Shown: positions 37,601 through 49,115, counted from the stretch's first letter. The stretch: DNA of 64,000 nt from an uncultured Pelagibacteraceae bacterium (GCA_902560685.1 CACEMT010000002.1:861-64860); one strand, 5' to 3'. Notes: generated from the sequence alone by a model not told the origin. Translations and numbers: made by a program.

Positions 37601-38695
37601 TTAACTTAGACCCTTGTCTGCTAAAATAATTGAATATTTTTTAAATAAAGTATTATTCTCCAAAAAATTAAATAGTTTTTTTGAATAGGTATTTTTAAAT
37701 TTATTATCTAATTTAAAAAATTCATTAATAAAATCAATACTACTAACGTATAAATAATTTAAATGTTTTGTTCTACTTTCAAATTCTTTTAGCAATGATT
37801 GGTCTAAAGGTAACCCAAGATCAATTTTACTATCTATTAAATCAGACAAAATTTTCATATCTCTTAAGGTCATATTAAGACCTTGACCAGCTAATGGGTG
37901 TATTTTATGAATATTTTCACCAAAACATAAAATATTTTTAAAAAAATAATTTTTTAAAAGCGAGCCTTTAAGCTCAAATTTTTCTAGTTTTGAAAATGAT
38001 TTAACAAAATATTTCTTATTATATTTAATTATTAAATCAAAAATTTTTTTATCTGGAATACTCTTCTTTTCTTTTAAAAAAGAATAAACAATGGAAGTTT
38101 CAGTATTAGAACATGGTAAGAAAGCAATTGGTCCATTTTTTGTAAAAATTTGATATGCGGTTCGATTGTCACATTTTCTGTGTTTCATTAAGGATGTAAA
38201 TGCAAAGCTGTCATAATTTCTGTTTTCCCTTTTAAAAAATATTTCTTTAGAAATTTTGTTGTTCTGATTAAAATTTATTACTAAATCGAAAATATTATTA
38301 TTTTTTATAATTGAATTATAAAAACTTGATTTTTTTGATTTAATAATTTTGATTAATTTATTTTTTTTTACTATTCTTCTTAATAAATTTGTTAAATCAG
38401 AATTTTTAACTACTGAAAAAAGTTTATCATTTTCAGGTCCAAAGCTTAACAATTCCTTTTGATTCAGTGATTCATTAAATATTTTTATATTGTTTATTTT
38501 CCAAGCTTTATTTCTAATAATTATTTTTTCTTTTTTTAAATAATCAATATTATTTTTTGTTATTCCAATAGTTCTGCTAGAAGAATTATTTTTAGTTTTT
38601 CCTTCATCAAATATTGATATTTTAATATTTTTTTTAGCTAAAATATTTGCCAATATTAGAGAGGGTATGCCAAAACCAATTAAACATATATTCAT
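37601..38695 (-). CDS. UbiH/UbiL-family FAD-dependent hydroxylase
   Basis: GPIAFLP and HKIHPLAGQGLNMTLRD motifs; divergent from ftsK. Confidence 0.82.
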   Translation of the reverse strand: MNICLIGFGIPSLILANILAKKNIKISIFDEGKTKNNSSSRTIGITKNNIDYLKKEKIIIRNKAWKINNIKIFNESLNQKELLSFGPENDKLFSVVKNSDLTNLLRRIVKKNKLIKIIKSKKSSFYNSIIKNNNIFDLVINFNQNNKISKEIFFKRENRNYDSFAFTSLMKHRKCDNRTAYQIFTKNGPIAFLPCSNTETSIVYSFLKEKKSIPDKKIFDLIIKYNKKYFVKSFSKLEKFELKGSLLKNYFFKNILCFGENIHKIHPLAGQGLNMTLRDMKILSDLIDSKIDLGLPLDQSLLKEFESRTKHLNYLYVSSIDFINEFFKLDNKFKNTYSKKLFNFLENNTLFKKYSIILADKGLS

Positions 38696-38761
38696 AATTA
38701 AATTTTAATTTTAACAATAAATATTAAATGATACAAAGTTACAAACTAGATTCTTTAAAAT

Positions 38762-40843
38762 ATGAATATAAAAAATTTAATGAAAAAAAGCCTTGATTTT
38801 ACTATAAAAAGAGTTGCCGAAATTGTTGGTATTTTATTCATTTTGATTTCCGTTCTACTTTTGATATCACTTTTAAGCTATTCCTCAGAGGATCCTAATT
38901 TTATTTTTACAGAAAATACTGAAATAAAAAATATTCTTGGTTATAGAGGAAGTTATATTTCTGATCTTTTTTTTCAATCAGTCGGTCTAGTTTCCTTTTT
39001 GATCTCCTTCACAATATTTTTTACTGGAATTAATTTAATTAAAAATAAATATTTTTTAGTTATCATTGAAAATATATTTTTTACTATACTATACAGTATT
39101 TTAGGTTCTTTATTTCTTACTATATTTTTTGTTGATTCATTTTTTCTATCAATCAATGGAAATGGTGGTTTTGTTGGAATCTTTTTTCAAAATACTTTTT
39201 TGACAAATTTAATAAATTTAAATAAAGAAATTTCATTCTTTGTTCTTGCAATTTTAGTTTTATTTATTTTTTTAGTTAGTATTAATTTTAGTATTAAGTT
39301 TGTTATAAATTTATTTAAAAAAATTTTTACCAGAATTACAAAACAAAATAAAATAAATGTAATAAGTGATATCCAGCACAATGATGAAAAAATAATTGAA
39401 GATACTCAAAAACTAACTCAGGAAGACTTGCCATTTAATGCAAAAATTTCTGAAAATAAATATAAGTTTAAATTACCAAGTTTAGATTTCTTAAAAACTC
39501 CAACGAAAGCAGAAAGAAATAAAAACCAAAATGAGGACAAGATAGATGAAAATACTTTAGAAAAGATACTTTTGGATTTTGGTGTAGAAGGAAAAATTAA
39601 AAAAGTTAGTAGAGGACCTGTTGTTACCTTAAACGAGTTTGAACCTGCAGCAGGAATTAAAGTTTCTAAAATAATTAATTTATCTGAAGATATTGCAAGA
39701 AATACAAGTTCTGAATCGGCTAGAATTGCTACAATTCCTGGAAGTAACACTATTGGAATAGAACTGCCAAATTCTTTTAGAGAAAATGTTTATTTAAGTG
39801 AAATTATTTCAAGTTCTAATTTTACAAAAAAAGATAACAAACTGCCCATAGCTCTTGGTAAAAGTATTTCTGGTCTTCCAATAGTCGGAGATTTGAATTC
39901 TATGCCACATTTATTAATTGCTGGAACTACAGGCTCAGGAAAATCGGTTTGCATAAACACAATAATTTTATCACTACTTTACAGACACAGCCCTGAAAAA
40001 TGCAAATTCATACTAATAGATCCAAAAATGTTAGAACTGTCTACTTATGAAGGTATACCTCACCTTTTGTGCCCAGTGATTACAGAAGCTAAAAGAGCCG
40101 CTTCAGTACTAGGATGGGTAGTTAAAGAGATGGAGAGCAGATACAAATTAATGACAAGAGTTGGGGTTAGAAATATTGAAGGTTATAATTTAAAACACAA
40201 GCTTCCAATGCCATACATTGTTGTAGTAGTTGACGAAATGTCTGATCTAATGCTTGTAGCTGGTAAGGAAATTGAAGGGTATATTCAAAAATTATCTCAA
40301 ATGGCAAGAGCAGCAGGGATACACATTATAATGGCCACTCAAAGACCAAGTGTTGATGTAATAACTGGAACAATTAAAGCAAATTTTCCCACAAGAATAT
40401 CATTTCAAGTTACATCAAAAATAGATAGCAGGACTATATTAGGTGAACAAGGAGCTGAACAATTACTTGGAAAGGGCGATATGCTTTATATGTCATCAGC
40501 TAATAAAACTGTAAGGATCCATGCACCCTTTGTATCAGAGAATGAAATTGAAAAAATAAACAATTATTTAAGATCCCAAGCAGAGCCAGATTATGTAGAC
40601 GAGATTTTAAGCTTTGCTGATGAAAAAGAAATTGGTCAAACTTTATCTGAGAATGAAAATAAAGATGAATTATATAAATCCGCTTTAGAGTTAGTTAAAT
40701 CTGAAGGAAAAGCTTCAACATCTTTTTTGCAAAGAAAATTACAAATTGGATACAACCGTGCTGCTAGAATAATTGATATGATGGAGGCAAATGGAGAAGT
40801 AAGTAAAGCAAATCATGTTGGTAAAAGAGAGCTTTTAAAATGA
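38762..40843 (+). CDS. ftsK: DNA translocase FtsK
   Basis: N-terminal TMs; AGTTGSGKS, ATQRPSVDV and LQIGYNRAARI (gamma domain) motifs. Confidence 0.97.
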   Translation: MNIKNLMKKSLDFTIKRVAEIVGILFILISVLLLISLLSYSSEDPNFIFTENTEIKNILGYRGSYISDLFFQSVGLVSFLISFTIFFTGINLIKNKYFLVIIENIFFTILYSILGSLFLTIFFVDSFFLSINGNGGFVGIFFQNTFLTNLINLNKEISFFVLAILVLFIFLVSINFSIKFVINLFKKIFTRITKQNKINVISDIQHNDEKIIEDTQKLTQEDLPFNAKISENKYKFKLPSLDFLKTPTKAERNKNQNEDKIDENTLEKILLDFGVEGKIKKVSRGPVVTLNEFEPAAGIKVSKIINLSEDIARNTSSESARIATIPGSNTIGIELPNSFRENVYLSEIISSSNFTKKDNKLPIALGKSISGLPIVGDLNSMPHLLIAGTTGSGKSVCINTIILSLLYRHSPEKCKFILIDPKMLELSTYEGIPHLLCPVITEAKRAASVLGWVVKEMESRYKLMTRVGVRNIEGYNLKHKLPMPYIVVVVDEMSDLMLVAGKEIEGYIQKLSQMARAAGIHIIMATQRPSVDVITGTIKANFPTRISFQVTSKIDSRTILGEQGAEQLLGKGDMLYMSSANKTVRIHAPFVSENEIEKINNYLRSQAEPDYVDEILSFADEKEIGQTLSENENKDELYKSALELVKSEGKASTSFLQRKLQIGYNRAARIIDMMEANGEVSKANHVGKRELLK

Positions 40844-41397
40844 TAAAGAAAACTTTTTTTATCATTTTTTTTTTTACAATGTTTAACAATTCTTTTGCTT
40901 CCACAAAATTTGATATAATCGAAAATTTTAGAAAAATTGATAATTTAAGTTTTGACTTTAAACAAGTCATTGAAGATAATACTGAAGAAGGTAAGTGTGT
41001 AATTCAATATCCTAAAAAAATAAATTGTGAGTATGACAATTTTAAAAAAAAATTGATAGTCTCGAATGGAAAATCTTTAGTGATTAAAAATCAAAATGGG
41101 AAAGAATATTTTAGATATCTATTAAATCAAACATCTTTAGAGTTAATATTAAATAAAGATTTATTATTAAGAAAGATTGGAGAAATGGATGGAAAAGTTA
41201 TTGATGAAAAATATTATATATTTTATTTGGAAAATAATGGAAATAAAATTAATATATTTTTTGATAAAAATACTTTCAATTTGGTTGGGTGGCAAACTGA
41301 AGATGTTTATCAAAATTTAGTGATTACTTATATATATAATCTAGTAAAAAATTCAAAAATTGACGAAAAATTATTCATTTTACCCAAGACACATTAA
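40840..41397 (+). CDS. lolA: Outer membrane lipoprotein carrier LolA-like
   Basis: Signal peptide; F.Q...EG...I.YP and IVSNGK patterns; directly follows ftsK. Confidence 0.8.
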   Translation: MIKKTFFIIFFFTMFNNSFASTKFDIIENFRKIDNLSFDFKQVIEDNTEEGKCVIQYPKKINCEYDNFKKKLIVSNGKSLVIKNQNGKEYFRYLLNQTSLELILNKDLLLRKIGEMDGKVIDEKYYIFYLENNGNKINIFFDKNTFNLVGWQTEDVYQNLVITYIYNLVKNSKIDEKLFILPKTH

Positions 41398-41401
41398 ATT
41401 G

Positions 41402-41905
41402 TTATAAAGATAAATTTTCAGATTTAAAAACTTTCATACCTCTAGATAAATAATTTTCTAAAGCATGTTTATGATCTAAAGAACATGTATGAACCCAAAT
41501 TCTTTTTGAACCAGTTTTAAAAGATTTTTTAATTGCTTCAGATAACAAATAGGCACCTATTTTTTTTCCAATATATTCCTCTAAAATTCCAAAGTAAGCA
41601 ATTTCACACTCATGTTTTTGAATATGGATATTTTGTTCAAAATATCCAACAAGATCATCTTTATTCTTTAAAATATAGGTAAAAACACTTGGGCTATTGA
41701 CATAGTCTGTCCAATTTTTATCATTCCATATTAACCTATCTATCCATCTATGTTTTTTTCCTATTTCTTTATATAAAAATTTATTTAATTGAAAATCTAC
41801 TGGGTCAACTTTTTCTAAATGCAAACTTTCTAAAGGTTTTTTTACTTCTATAAGTTCGCTTATAGATTTTATTTCTAAATAATTTCTTTGTATTTGATTA
41901 GTCAC
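41402..41905 (-). CDS. GNAT family N-acetyltransferase
   Basis: EIAYFGI..EYIGKKIG and WVHTCSLDH..AL.NY..RG motifs. Confidence 0.88.
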   Translation of the reverse strand: MTNQIQRNYLEIKSISELIEVKKPLESLHLEKVDPVDFQLNKFLYKEIGKKHRWIDRLIWNDKNWTDYVNSPSVFTYILKNKDDLVGYFEQNIHIQKHECEIAYFGILEEYIGKKIGAYLLSEAIKKSFKTGSKRIWVHTCSLDHKHALENYLSRGMKVFKSENLSL

Positions 41906-42267
41906 CCAACCATTTTTCCAACTTTTTCACCACCAAATAAATGAAAATGCAAATGAGGCACTTCTTGACCACCATGCTCACTTACATTTGCCAAAGCTCT
42001 ATAACCTTTACCATTATCAACTGAAATTTTTAGTTTTTTTGCAACGGTATTTATTCCTTTTAATAAACCTACCATCTCCTCTGAAGATGCATTTTGGCTA
42101 AAATCATCAAGGTCTACATATTTACCTTTTGGTATTACTAATGCATGAATTTTTTTTTGTGGATTAATATCGTAAAAAGATAAAACAAAATCATCTTCAT
42201 ATATCTTGTCACAAGGAATTTCTCCTCTTAAAATTTTTGCAAAAATATTATTATCGTCGTAACTCAT
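41902..42267 (-). CDS. HIT family nucleotide hydrolase (HinT-like)
   Basis: NIFAKILRGEIP and GQEVPHLHFH motifs. Confidence 0.93.
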   Translation of the reverse strand: MSYDDNNIFAKILRGEIPCDKIYEDDFVLSFYDINPQKKIHALVIPKGKYVDLDDFSQNASSEEMVGLLKGINTVAKKLKISVDNGKGYRALANVSEHGGQEVPHLHFHLFGGEKVGKMVG

Positions 42268-42276
42268 TACAATTCC

Positions 42277-42549
42277 TTATTTTTTCCTTTTATTTAACTC
42301 TTCCATTACTTCTTCGATTTTAACATTATTTGCTTCTAGATACATTATTAAATGATAAAACACATCAGCGGCCTCATGGATTTTGTTTGAATTTTTATCA
42401 ACAGCTTCAATTAATTCATTTATTTCTTCTAAAACTTTTTCTTTACTTAAAGATTTATCACTTAAAAGTTTATTAGTATAAGAACCATCTATGGGATTAC
42501 TTTTTCTATCTCTTGCAAGTTTAAAAAGGCTTTCTAATGTATTTAACAT
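42277..42549 (-). CDS. hisE: Phosphoribosyl-ATP pyrophosphohydrolase
   Basis: SYTNKL, KVLEE and EAADVFYH motifs. Confidence 0.92.
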   Translation of the reverse strand: MLNTLESLFKLARDRKSNPIDGSYTNKLLSDKSLSKEKVLEEINELIEAVDKNSNKIHEAADVFYHLIMYLEANNVKIEEVMEELNKRKK

Positions 42550-42550
42550 A

Positions 42551-43306
42551 TTAAATCCTAACTGGTATTCCTTTTGAGTTCAAATATTCTTTAGCTTGTT
42601 TTACAGAATATTTGCCGTAGTGAAATATAGATGCTGCTAACACGGCACTTGCATTTCCTAATTTTATTCCATCTACTAAATGGTCTAAATTTCCTACTCC
42701 ACCTGATGCAATAACTGGAATGTTAACTTTTGAAGATATTTTTGACATTAAATCAATATCATAACCAACTTGAGTTCCATCTCTATCCATAGATGTTACT
42801 AGTAATTCTCCAGCACCATTTTCTTCCATTTTTTTTGCAAATTCTAATGCATTAATACCTGTATTATTTCTTCCACCATGGGTAAAGATTTCCCATTTTT
42901 CTCCATTTTTTTTGGCATCTATCGCAACAACAATACATTGTGATCCGAATTTTTTTGAACTTTCAACTACGACTTTAGAGTTTTGTACTGCAGCTGTGTT
43001 TATAGAAACTTTGTCTGCTCCGCAATTTAACAATTTATTAATATCTTCAACACTTCTAACGCCTCCACCCACAGTTAAAGGTACAAAACATTTCTTAGAT
43101 GTTTTTTCAACTACATCATAAATTGTATCTCTATTTTCGTTTGAAGCAGTAATATCTAAAAAACAAATTTCGTCTGCTCCACCATCACTATAAATTTTAG
43201 CTTGTTCAACAGGATCACCAGCATCTTTCAGATCAACAAAGTTAATACCCTTAACTACTCGACCATTTTTAACATCTAAACAGGGAATTATTCTATTTTT
43301 AAGCAT
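42551..43306 (-). CDS. hisF: Imidazole glycerol phosphate synthase cyclase subunit
   Basis: [16 protein letters not shown] and LAASIFH motifs. Confidence 0.97.
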   Translation of the reverse strand: MLKNRIIPCLDVKNGRVVKGINFVDLKDAGDPVEQAKIYSDGGADEICFLDITASNENRDTIYDVVEKTSKKCFVPLTVGGGVRSVEDINKLLNCGADKVSINTAAVQNSKVVVESSKKFGSQCIVVAIDAKKNGEKWEIFTHGGRNNTGINALEFAKKMEENGAGELLVTSMDRDGTQVGYDIDLMSKISSKVNIPVIASGGVGNLDHLVDGIKLGNASAVLAASIFHYGKYSVKQAKEYLNSKGIPVRI

Positions 43307-44018
43307 CTATTTCTTTTACAAGTTCTTCTAATTTTATATCACCATCGTAAATAGCTTTACCAACTATTATACCCTCAATATTTTTTAAATTTTTTGCTTT
43401 TTTAATATCATCAATTGAAGATACGCCACCAGAAATTATCACTGGACAATTTGATTTATCTGCAACTTTTGCTGTTTCTATAAAGTTTGGGCTTTGTTTG
43501 GTCCCATCACGATTAATATCAGTATAAATTAATCTACTAGCACCATAATCATTTACTTCTTTTAAATAATCTAAAGTTAATTTATTAGAATTTTCCTTCC
43601 ATCCAGATACTGACAAATATCCATCTTTAGCATCTAAACCTAGGGCAATTTTATTTGGAAATTTTTGACATGCTTCTTTTAAAAAATTTTTATCTTTAAT
43701 AACTGCGCTTCCTAAAATTACTTTTTCTACACCAGCATCAGTATATTTTTGAATACTATCAATACTTCTAACTCCACCCCCTACTTCAATTTTTAAATCA
43801 AATTTCTTAACTATTTCTTGAATAATATCTAAATTAACTGTTTCACCAGTTAGTGCTCCATCTAAATCAACAATATGTAAATTTCTAAAGCCATGATCTT
43901 TATATTTCTTAGCTTGTTCAACTGGAGACATTTCATATTCAGTTTTATTATCAAAGTCTCCTTTAATTAACCTTACACACTTTTTATCTTTAATATCTAT
44001 AGCAGGAAATATTTTCAT
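43299..44018 (-). CDS. hisA: ProFAR isomerase
   Basis: [14 protein letters not shown] and TDINRDGT motifs. Confidence 0.96.
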   Translation of the reverse strand: MKIFPAIDIKDKKCVRLIKGDFDNKTEYEMSPVEQAKKYKDHGFRNLHIVDLDGALTGETVNLDIIQEIVKKFDLKIEVGGGVRSIDSIQKYTDAGVEKVILGSAVIKDKNFLKEACQKFPNKIALGLDAKDGYLSVSGWKENSNKLTLDYLKEVNDYGASRLIYTDINRDGTKQSPNFIETAKVADKSNCPVIISGGVSSIDDIKKAKNLKNIEGIIVGKAIYDGDIKLEELVKEIDA

Positions 44019-44024
44019 TTTTTC

Positions 44025-44651
44025 TTATAAGTTTATAAAATTATTAATTATTCTAAGTCCTATTTTATCACTTTTTTCTGGGTGAAATTGGGTTCCAAAT
44101 ATATTTTCTTTCTCAATTGAACAAACAATACTTGATGAATAGTCAGTGGTTGCTGATACTACACTTTTATCCTCAGGAATAATTTCATAACTATGTACGA
44201 AATACATGTGCGAATTATTTTCTATACCTTTAAAAATTTTACTATCCTTAACAATTTTTAATTGGTTCCAGCCAATATGTGGAAGTTTATACTTGCCATT
44301 TTGATTATCGATTTTTGACACCTTGCCTGATATCCATCCCAAACCTTTTGTTTCTGTTTCTTCATAACCAATATCTGCAAACATTTGTAAACCAACACAA
44401 ATTCCAAGAAGTGGTTTTTTGTTGACAATTGCAAATTCATTTAAAGTATCAAATAAACCATTGATATTGTTTAAAGCATCAACACAACTCTTAAACGAAC
44501 CCTGCCCTGGCAAAACTACTTTGTCACTAGATTTAATCTTATTTAAATCTGAGGTTACTTCGATATGTACTTTATCTTTAGCAACTTCCTTAAAGGAGTT
44601 TATTACAGAGCTAATGTTGCCCGAATTATAGTCAACGATTGTGACTTTCAT
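44025..44651 (-). CDS. hisH: Imidazole glycerol phosphate synthase glutaminase subunit
   Basis: LPGQG, GICVGLQ and QFHPEKS motifs. Confidence 0.96.
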   Translation of the reverse strand: MKVTIVDYNSGNISSVINSFKEVAKDKVHIEVTSDLNKIKSSDKVVLPGQGSFKSCVDALNNINGLFDTLNEFAIVNKKPLLGICVGLQMFADIGYEETETKGLGWISGKVSKIDNQNGKYKLPHIGWNQLKIVKDSKIFKGIENNSHMYFVHSYEIIPEDKSVVSATTDYSSSIVCSIEKENIFGTQFHPEKSDKIGLRIINNFINL

Positions 44652-44656
44652 TAAAC

Positions 44657-45247
44657 TTATAAAGAACCTTTTGTAGAAGGAATTGTATTTTTATTCCTTG
44701 GGTCCATCTCCAATGCAGCTCTTAATGATCTCGCTAATCCTTTAAAACAAGACTCAATTATATGGTGGCTGTTATCACCATAAATATTTTCAACATGCAA
44801 AGTAATTCCGGCAGCTTGTGAAAATGCTTGAAACCATTCTTTGAATAATTCAGTATCCATTTCACCAAGCTTTTCTACTTTAAGATTAACTTTCCAAATC
44901 AGATATGGCCTGTTTGAAACATCTATTGCAACTCTGGTTAATGTTTCATCCATTGGTATCATTGCATGTGCATATCTTTTAATTCCTACAAATTTTTTTG
45001 ACGCTTTTTTTAGGCACTCACCGATAGCTATACCCGTGTCTTCTGTGGTATGATGAAGATCGATATGAGTATCTCCTTTGGCTTTTATATTAATATCCAT
45101 AGAGGAGTGTTTTGATAATTGCTCAAGCATATGATTTAAAAATCCTATACCTGTATCAACTTTGTACTTGCCCTTGCCATCAATATTTAAATCAACACTG
45201 ATACTAGTTTCTTTGGTCTTTCTGTTTATTTTTGCTTTTCGCTTCAT
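44657..45247 (-). CDS. hisB: Imidazoleglycerol-phosphate dehydratase
   Basis: RKTKET, HHTTED, HHIIE and PSTKG motifs. Confidence 0.97.
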   Translation of the reverse strand: MKRKAKINRKTKETSISVDLNIDGKGKYKVDTGIGFLNHMLEQLSKHSSMDINIKAKGDTHIDLHHTTEDTGIAIGECLKKASKKFVGIKRYAHAMIPMDETLTRVAIDVSNRPYLIWKVNLKVEKLGEMDTELFKEWFQAFSQAAGITLHVENIYGDNSHHIIESCFKGLARSLRAALEMDPRNKNTIPSTKGSL

Positions 45248-45303
45248 AATTTAAAAAGGGTATATATCTATTATTGAATTATGGCAATAATACTAGACCT
45301 GGG

Positions 45304-45331
45304 CTTGAACTATTGAATTTAGTATCCATTT
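45304..45331 (+). promoter_or_regulatory. Putative RpoH (sigma32) promoter of hslVU
   Basis: CTTGAA-N14-ATCCATTT, ending 7 nt before the ATG. Confidence 0.65.
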
Positions 45332-45338
45332 ATAGGGT

Positions 45339-45854
45339 ATGACAACAATAGTATTGGTAAGGAAAAATAATGAAGTGGTAGTTGCTAGCGATGGTCAAGT
45401 AAGCATGGGAAATACTGTTATCAAAAGCACAGCTAATAAAGTTAGAAAAATTGAGAAAAGAAATGTGATCGCTGGTTTCGCGGGATCTACCGCAGATGCC
45501 TTAACTTTATTTGAAAGGCTAGAGTCTAAATTAGAAAAACATGCAGGAAATCTTGCAAGAGCAGCAGTAGAATTAGCAAAAGATTGGAGAACTGATAAAT
45601 ATTTAAGAAGATTGGAAGCATTAATGGCAGTGGGAGATAAAGAAAAAAGTTTTATAATTTCTGGAACTGGAGATGTTCTTGAACCAGAAGGTGATGTAAT
45701 AGGAATTGGTTCTGGAGGAAATTATGCATTAGCTTCTGCGAAAGTATTGATGGACACCAATCTTTCAGCAGAAGAAGTTGCAAAAAAAGCAGTAAAAGTT
45801 GCTTCAGAAATTTGTGTATTTACTAATGACAATATCAAAATAGAAAAAATATAA
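45339..45854 (+). CDS. hslV: ATP-dependent protease subunit HslV
   Basis: MTTI (catalytic Thr), GFAGSTADA and GSGGNYA motifs. Confidence 0.97.
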   Translation: MTTIVLVRKNNEVVVASDGQVSMGNTVIKSTANKVRKIEKRNVIAGFAGSTADALTLFERLESKLEKHAGNLARAAVELAKDWRTDKYLRRLEALMAVGDKEKSFIISGTGDVLEPEGDVIGIGSGGNYALASAKVLMDTNLSAEEVAKKAVKVASEICVFTNDNIKIEKI

Positions 45855-47218
45855 TGGAAAATTCAAACGTAACACCCTTGGTACCTAAAGAAAAATCAGA
45901 CAAAAAAGAAATTTTAAATTCTCTGTCTCCAAGAGAAATCGTTTCAGAATTAGATAGATTTGTGGTTGGTCAAAAAAATGCAAAAAGAGCTGTAGCAATT
46001 GCACTTAGAAATAGATGGAGAAGACAAGCTTTAACTGGTGAAATGAAAGATGAAGTTTTACCAAAAAATATTTTAATGATGGGACCAACGGGAGTTGGAA
46101 AAACCGAAATATCAAGAAGACTTTCAAAATTAGCTGAAGCACCTTTTGTTAAAGTAGAGGCAACTAGATTTACAGAAGTTGGATATGTAGGAAGAGATGT
46201 TGAGCAAATAATCAGAGATCTTTTAGAAATAGCTATCGCTATGGAAAAAGTAAAAAAAAGGAAAGAAGTACACGCGAAAGCGCAAAAATTAGCAGAGGAA
46301 AGAGTTCTGGATGCATTAGTTGGAAATAAAGCGAGTGTTGCAACAAAAGAAAGTTTTAGAAAAAGACTAAGAAATGGAGATTTAGATAACAATGAAATTA
46401 GCATAGATATTAGCGAAACAGCGCAAATGCCTCAATTTGAAATTCCTGGAATGCCTGGTGCTAATGTGGGTATGATAAATATTTCTGAAATGCTTGGAAA
46501 ATCAATGGGTGGAAAATCCAAAAAGAAAAAAATGTCTGTAAAAGAATCTCACGAAATCTTGATTAATGAAGAATCTGACAAACTAATAGAACAAGATAAA
46601 ATTATAAAAGCTGCAAAAAATTCTACAGAAAATAATGGAATTGTATTTTTAGACGAAATAGATAAAATTTCAGCTAGAACTGACCGAGTCGGAGGAGATG
46701 TTTCTAGAGAAGGAGTTCAAAGAGATTTACTTCCACTTATAGAAGGAACAACTGTTAGTACAAAATATGGAACAATAAAAACAGATCATATTTTATTTAT
46801 TGCTTCTGGCGCATTCCAATTAGCAAAACCATCTGACTTACTTCCTGAATTGCAAGGTAGATTGCCAATAAGAGTAGAGTTAGATGCTTTAAATAGTGAT
46901 GATTTTATAAGAATTCTTAAGGAGCCTGACAACAGTTTGATTAAACAATATAAAGCTTTGCTAAAAACTGAAAATGTTGATTTAGAATTTTCAGAAGACG
47001 GGATAGATACAATTGCTAATTTAGCTTACGAAGTAAACTCAAAAATTGAAAATATTGGTGCAAGAAGATTACATACAATAATCGAAAGAGTTCTAGACGA
47101 AATTAGTTTCACGGCAACCGACAGAAGTGGTGAAAAAATAGTTATAGACGCTAAGTATGTAAAAGATAATCTGGGCAATCTTGTAAAAGATACTGATCTT
47201 TCTAAATTTATTCTATAA
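45854..47218 (+). CDS. hslU: ATP-dependent protease ATPase HslU
   Basis: [12 protein letters not shown] and DEIDK motifs; C-terminal DLSKFIL. Confidence 0.97.
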   Translation: MENSNVTPLVPKEKSDKKEILNSLSPREIVSELDRFVVGQKNAKRAVAIALRNRWRRQALTGEMKDEVLPKNILMMGPTGVGKTEISRRLSKLAEAPFVKVEATRFTEVGYVGRDVEQIIRDLLEIAIAMEKVKKRKEVHAKAQKLAEERVLDALVGNKASVATKESFRKRLRNGDLDNNEISIDISETAQMPQFEIPGMPGANVGMINISEMLGKSMGGKSKKKKMSVKESHEILINEESDKLIEQDKIIKAAKNSTENNGIVFLDEIDKISARTDRVGGDVSREGVQRDLLPLIEGTTVSTKYGTIKTDHILFIASGAFQLAKPSDLLPELQGRLPIRVELDALNSDDFIRILKEPDNSLIKQYKALLKTENVDLEFSEDGIDTIANLAYEVNSKIENIGARRLHTIIERVLDEISFTATDRSGEKIVIDAKYVKDNLGNLVKDTDLSKFIL

Positions 47219-47222
47219 AAAT

Positions 47223-48050
47223 TTACAGATAATTAAGTTCTTTCATCTCTTCTTTGAATTCGGTAGATAAGATTTTTATAGTATTTTCGTCTAAAATATT
47301 TTGCCATTTATTTTTTATTCCTAAATTAAAAAAATTTTTTTTCATTTTTGAAGATTTCTCATTAAAACCCTGCTTATTTTCAAGGTTTTTTAATTTTTCA
47401 AAAGTTGTGCTTGCAATAACGTTATCAACTTTTTGTAAATCAATATTTGACTCATTTTTACTTAATTTAAAAATAAAAGTTAACATTTTTATCAACATCT
47501 TTTTTGGATCCTTTATTAAATCCTCATATTTAATTAACAAATATTTTTCTTCTTTTAAAAAAATTTTCCATGAATTGTAATTATTTTTCCATGACAGTAT
47601 ATAAGTAAAAATTTTTTTATCCGAATCCTCACCTAGCACACTATTAGAAACCATCCTATGTGAAGACTCTTTTAAGCTTAAATTGTAATGATTTGAAAAA
47701 GATGTGACTACGTTTCTAGGATCTCTAACTATATAAATAACTCCAAGAGAATTATTTAGATCGGTAAACTTGTAATTATTAATATTAAACATGCTGCTAT
47801 GGGTTTTTAATAAAATCAATGGTGCTCTTTCATTTATGTACTCTTGCGATTTTATATAATTCTTCAATAATTCATTTGAATCATTAGTAGTAATACCCAT
47901 TTTTTTAAATAATTGTTTTGATGGAAATTGTTTAATACTTTTTAAATACTTAAAGTCAAAATTTCCTTCTTTTGAAAAAAAATAAGCCGAAAGCATAGCT
48001 CTTGCAAAAGTATTTCCACTTTTTGGGTAAGATGCTAACCAAATAATCAT
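47223..48050 (-). CDS. PAPS-dependent sulfotransferase (Sulfotransfer_1)
   Basis: ASYPKSGNT 5'-PSB loop, KTH, IVRDPRNVVTS 3'-PB motif, KYEDL. Confidence 0.88.
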   Translation of the reverse strand: MIIWLASYPKSGNTFARAMLSAYFFSKEGNFDFKYLKSIKQFPSKQLFKKMGITTNDSNELLKNYIKSQEYINERAPLILLKTHSSMFNINNYKFTDLNNSLGVIYIVRDPRNVVTSFSNHYNLSLKESSHRMVSNSVLGEDSDKKIFTYILSWKNNYNSWKIFLKEEKYLLIKYEDLIKDPKKMLIKMLTFIFKLSKNESNIDLQKVDNVIASTTFEKLKNLENKQGFNEKSSKMKKNFFNLGIKNKWQNILDENTIKILSTEFKEEMKELNYL

Positions 48051-48466
48051 GATTTTTTTTTTCTTTTTAAATATATATAGAATGCCCCACTACCGCCATC
48101 TTCTTTATCTGCATCTTTAATTTCTAAAATTTTTTTCATTAATTCTGAATTGTTTTCTATATAATCTGGAACTGAAAATTTTAAAATACTAAGATCTTTT
48201 GAAACATAAGGATCTTTCTCGACATTTGAATGAATTCCTTTACCAGTAACGACAATTACTTTTGATACATCTTTTTCATAAGCATAATTTATAATTTTTT
48301 CAATTTTTTTGTTTGCTTCTTCTAAAGTAAAACCGTGTAAATCAATTATCTTATTATTAGGTGATGTATTTTTATTTGTATCTAAATCTTTGTTTTTTAA
48401 TTTTTCATCACTTTTAAGAAAATCTAACCAATCTTTTTTATCTTTGTCTGAAATTTTTTTTATCAA
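48047..48466 (-). CDS. Smr domain protein
   Basis: IDLHG, VTGKG and GGSGAFY motifs. Confidence 0.9.
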   Translation of the reverse strand: MIKKISDKDKKDWLDFLKSDEKLKNKDLDTNKNTSPNNKIIDLHGFTLEEANKKIEKIINYAYEKDVSKVIVVTGKGIHSNVEKDPYVSKDLSILKFSVPDYIENNSELMKKILEIKDADKEDGGSGAFYIYLKRKKKS

Positions 48467-49057
48467 TTAAGCTTGGGTATCCACCAAAAGCCAATTTGGG
48501 CTTAAAGATTTAATTTCTCTAGAAAACTTCCAAGTGTCATATACTTTTTTAATCTTTTCGGGATCGCCAGAGACTAATTTTTTTTCATTGTCTTTAACAC
48601 ATGAAATTATTTCACTAACAAAATCTACAGTTACCTCAAACATATTATTTTGTTGATTATAGTTTTTTATATCTGCTGAATTTATTCCTATAAATGTTGT
48701 TTCAGATATAAAGCCTTTTTTCTTTCTATCTTTAATTGCCTCATTAAAATCAGATAAAACTTTCTTATCCAATAGAGATTTTATATTTTTTAAATCTCCC
48801 GATGAAAAGCTTGTAATTACAGACTCGTATGCAATTTTTGCACCTTTTAAAAAATCTGCTTTTGCTTTTTCGTCAAAATTATTTTCATCTATTTTTTTAA
48901 ATTCCTCTTTTTTTGGTGAAAATTCTTGAGCAAAAGTAGCGCTAATATTCTCTTCATGTCCTGTCTTTTTTCCTAAAATTCCTCTTAATCTAAGGAAAAT
49001 AAAGCCAGCAATCATTGCTAATAATATTATATCTATATATTCAAAACTATAATTCAT
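48467..49057 (-). CDS. Tim44/TimA-like protein
   Basis: FLRLRGILGKKTG, FLKGAKIAYE and W.F.R...S..PNW.L motifs; start chosen from promoter geometry. Confidence 0.88.
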   Translation of the reverse strand: MNYSFEYIDIILLAMIAGFIFLRLRGILGKKTGHEENISATFAQEFSPKKEEFKKIDENNFDEKAKADFLKGAKIAYESVITSFSSGDLKNIKSLLDKKVLSDFNEAIKDRKKKGFISETTFIGINSADIKNYNQQNNMFEVTVDFVSEIISCVKDNEKKLVSGDPEKIKKVYDTWKFSREIKSLSPNWLLVDTQA

Positions 49058-49063
49058 ACATAA

Positions 49064-49092
49064 ATAATATTTACTATGTTGCTTAATTTCAA
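49064..49092 (-). promoter_or_regulatory. Putative sigma70 promoter of tim44-smr (leaderless geometry)
   Basis: TTGAAA-N17-TATTAT-N6-ATG. Confidence 0.55.
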
Positions 49093-49115
49093 CTGACAAA
49101 TTAGATTAAAGACAA

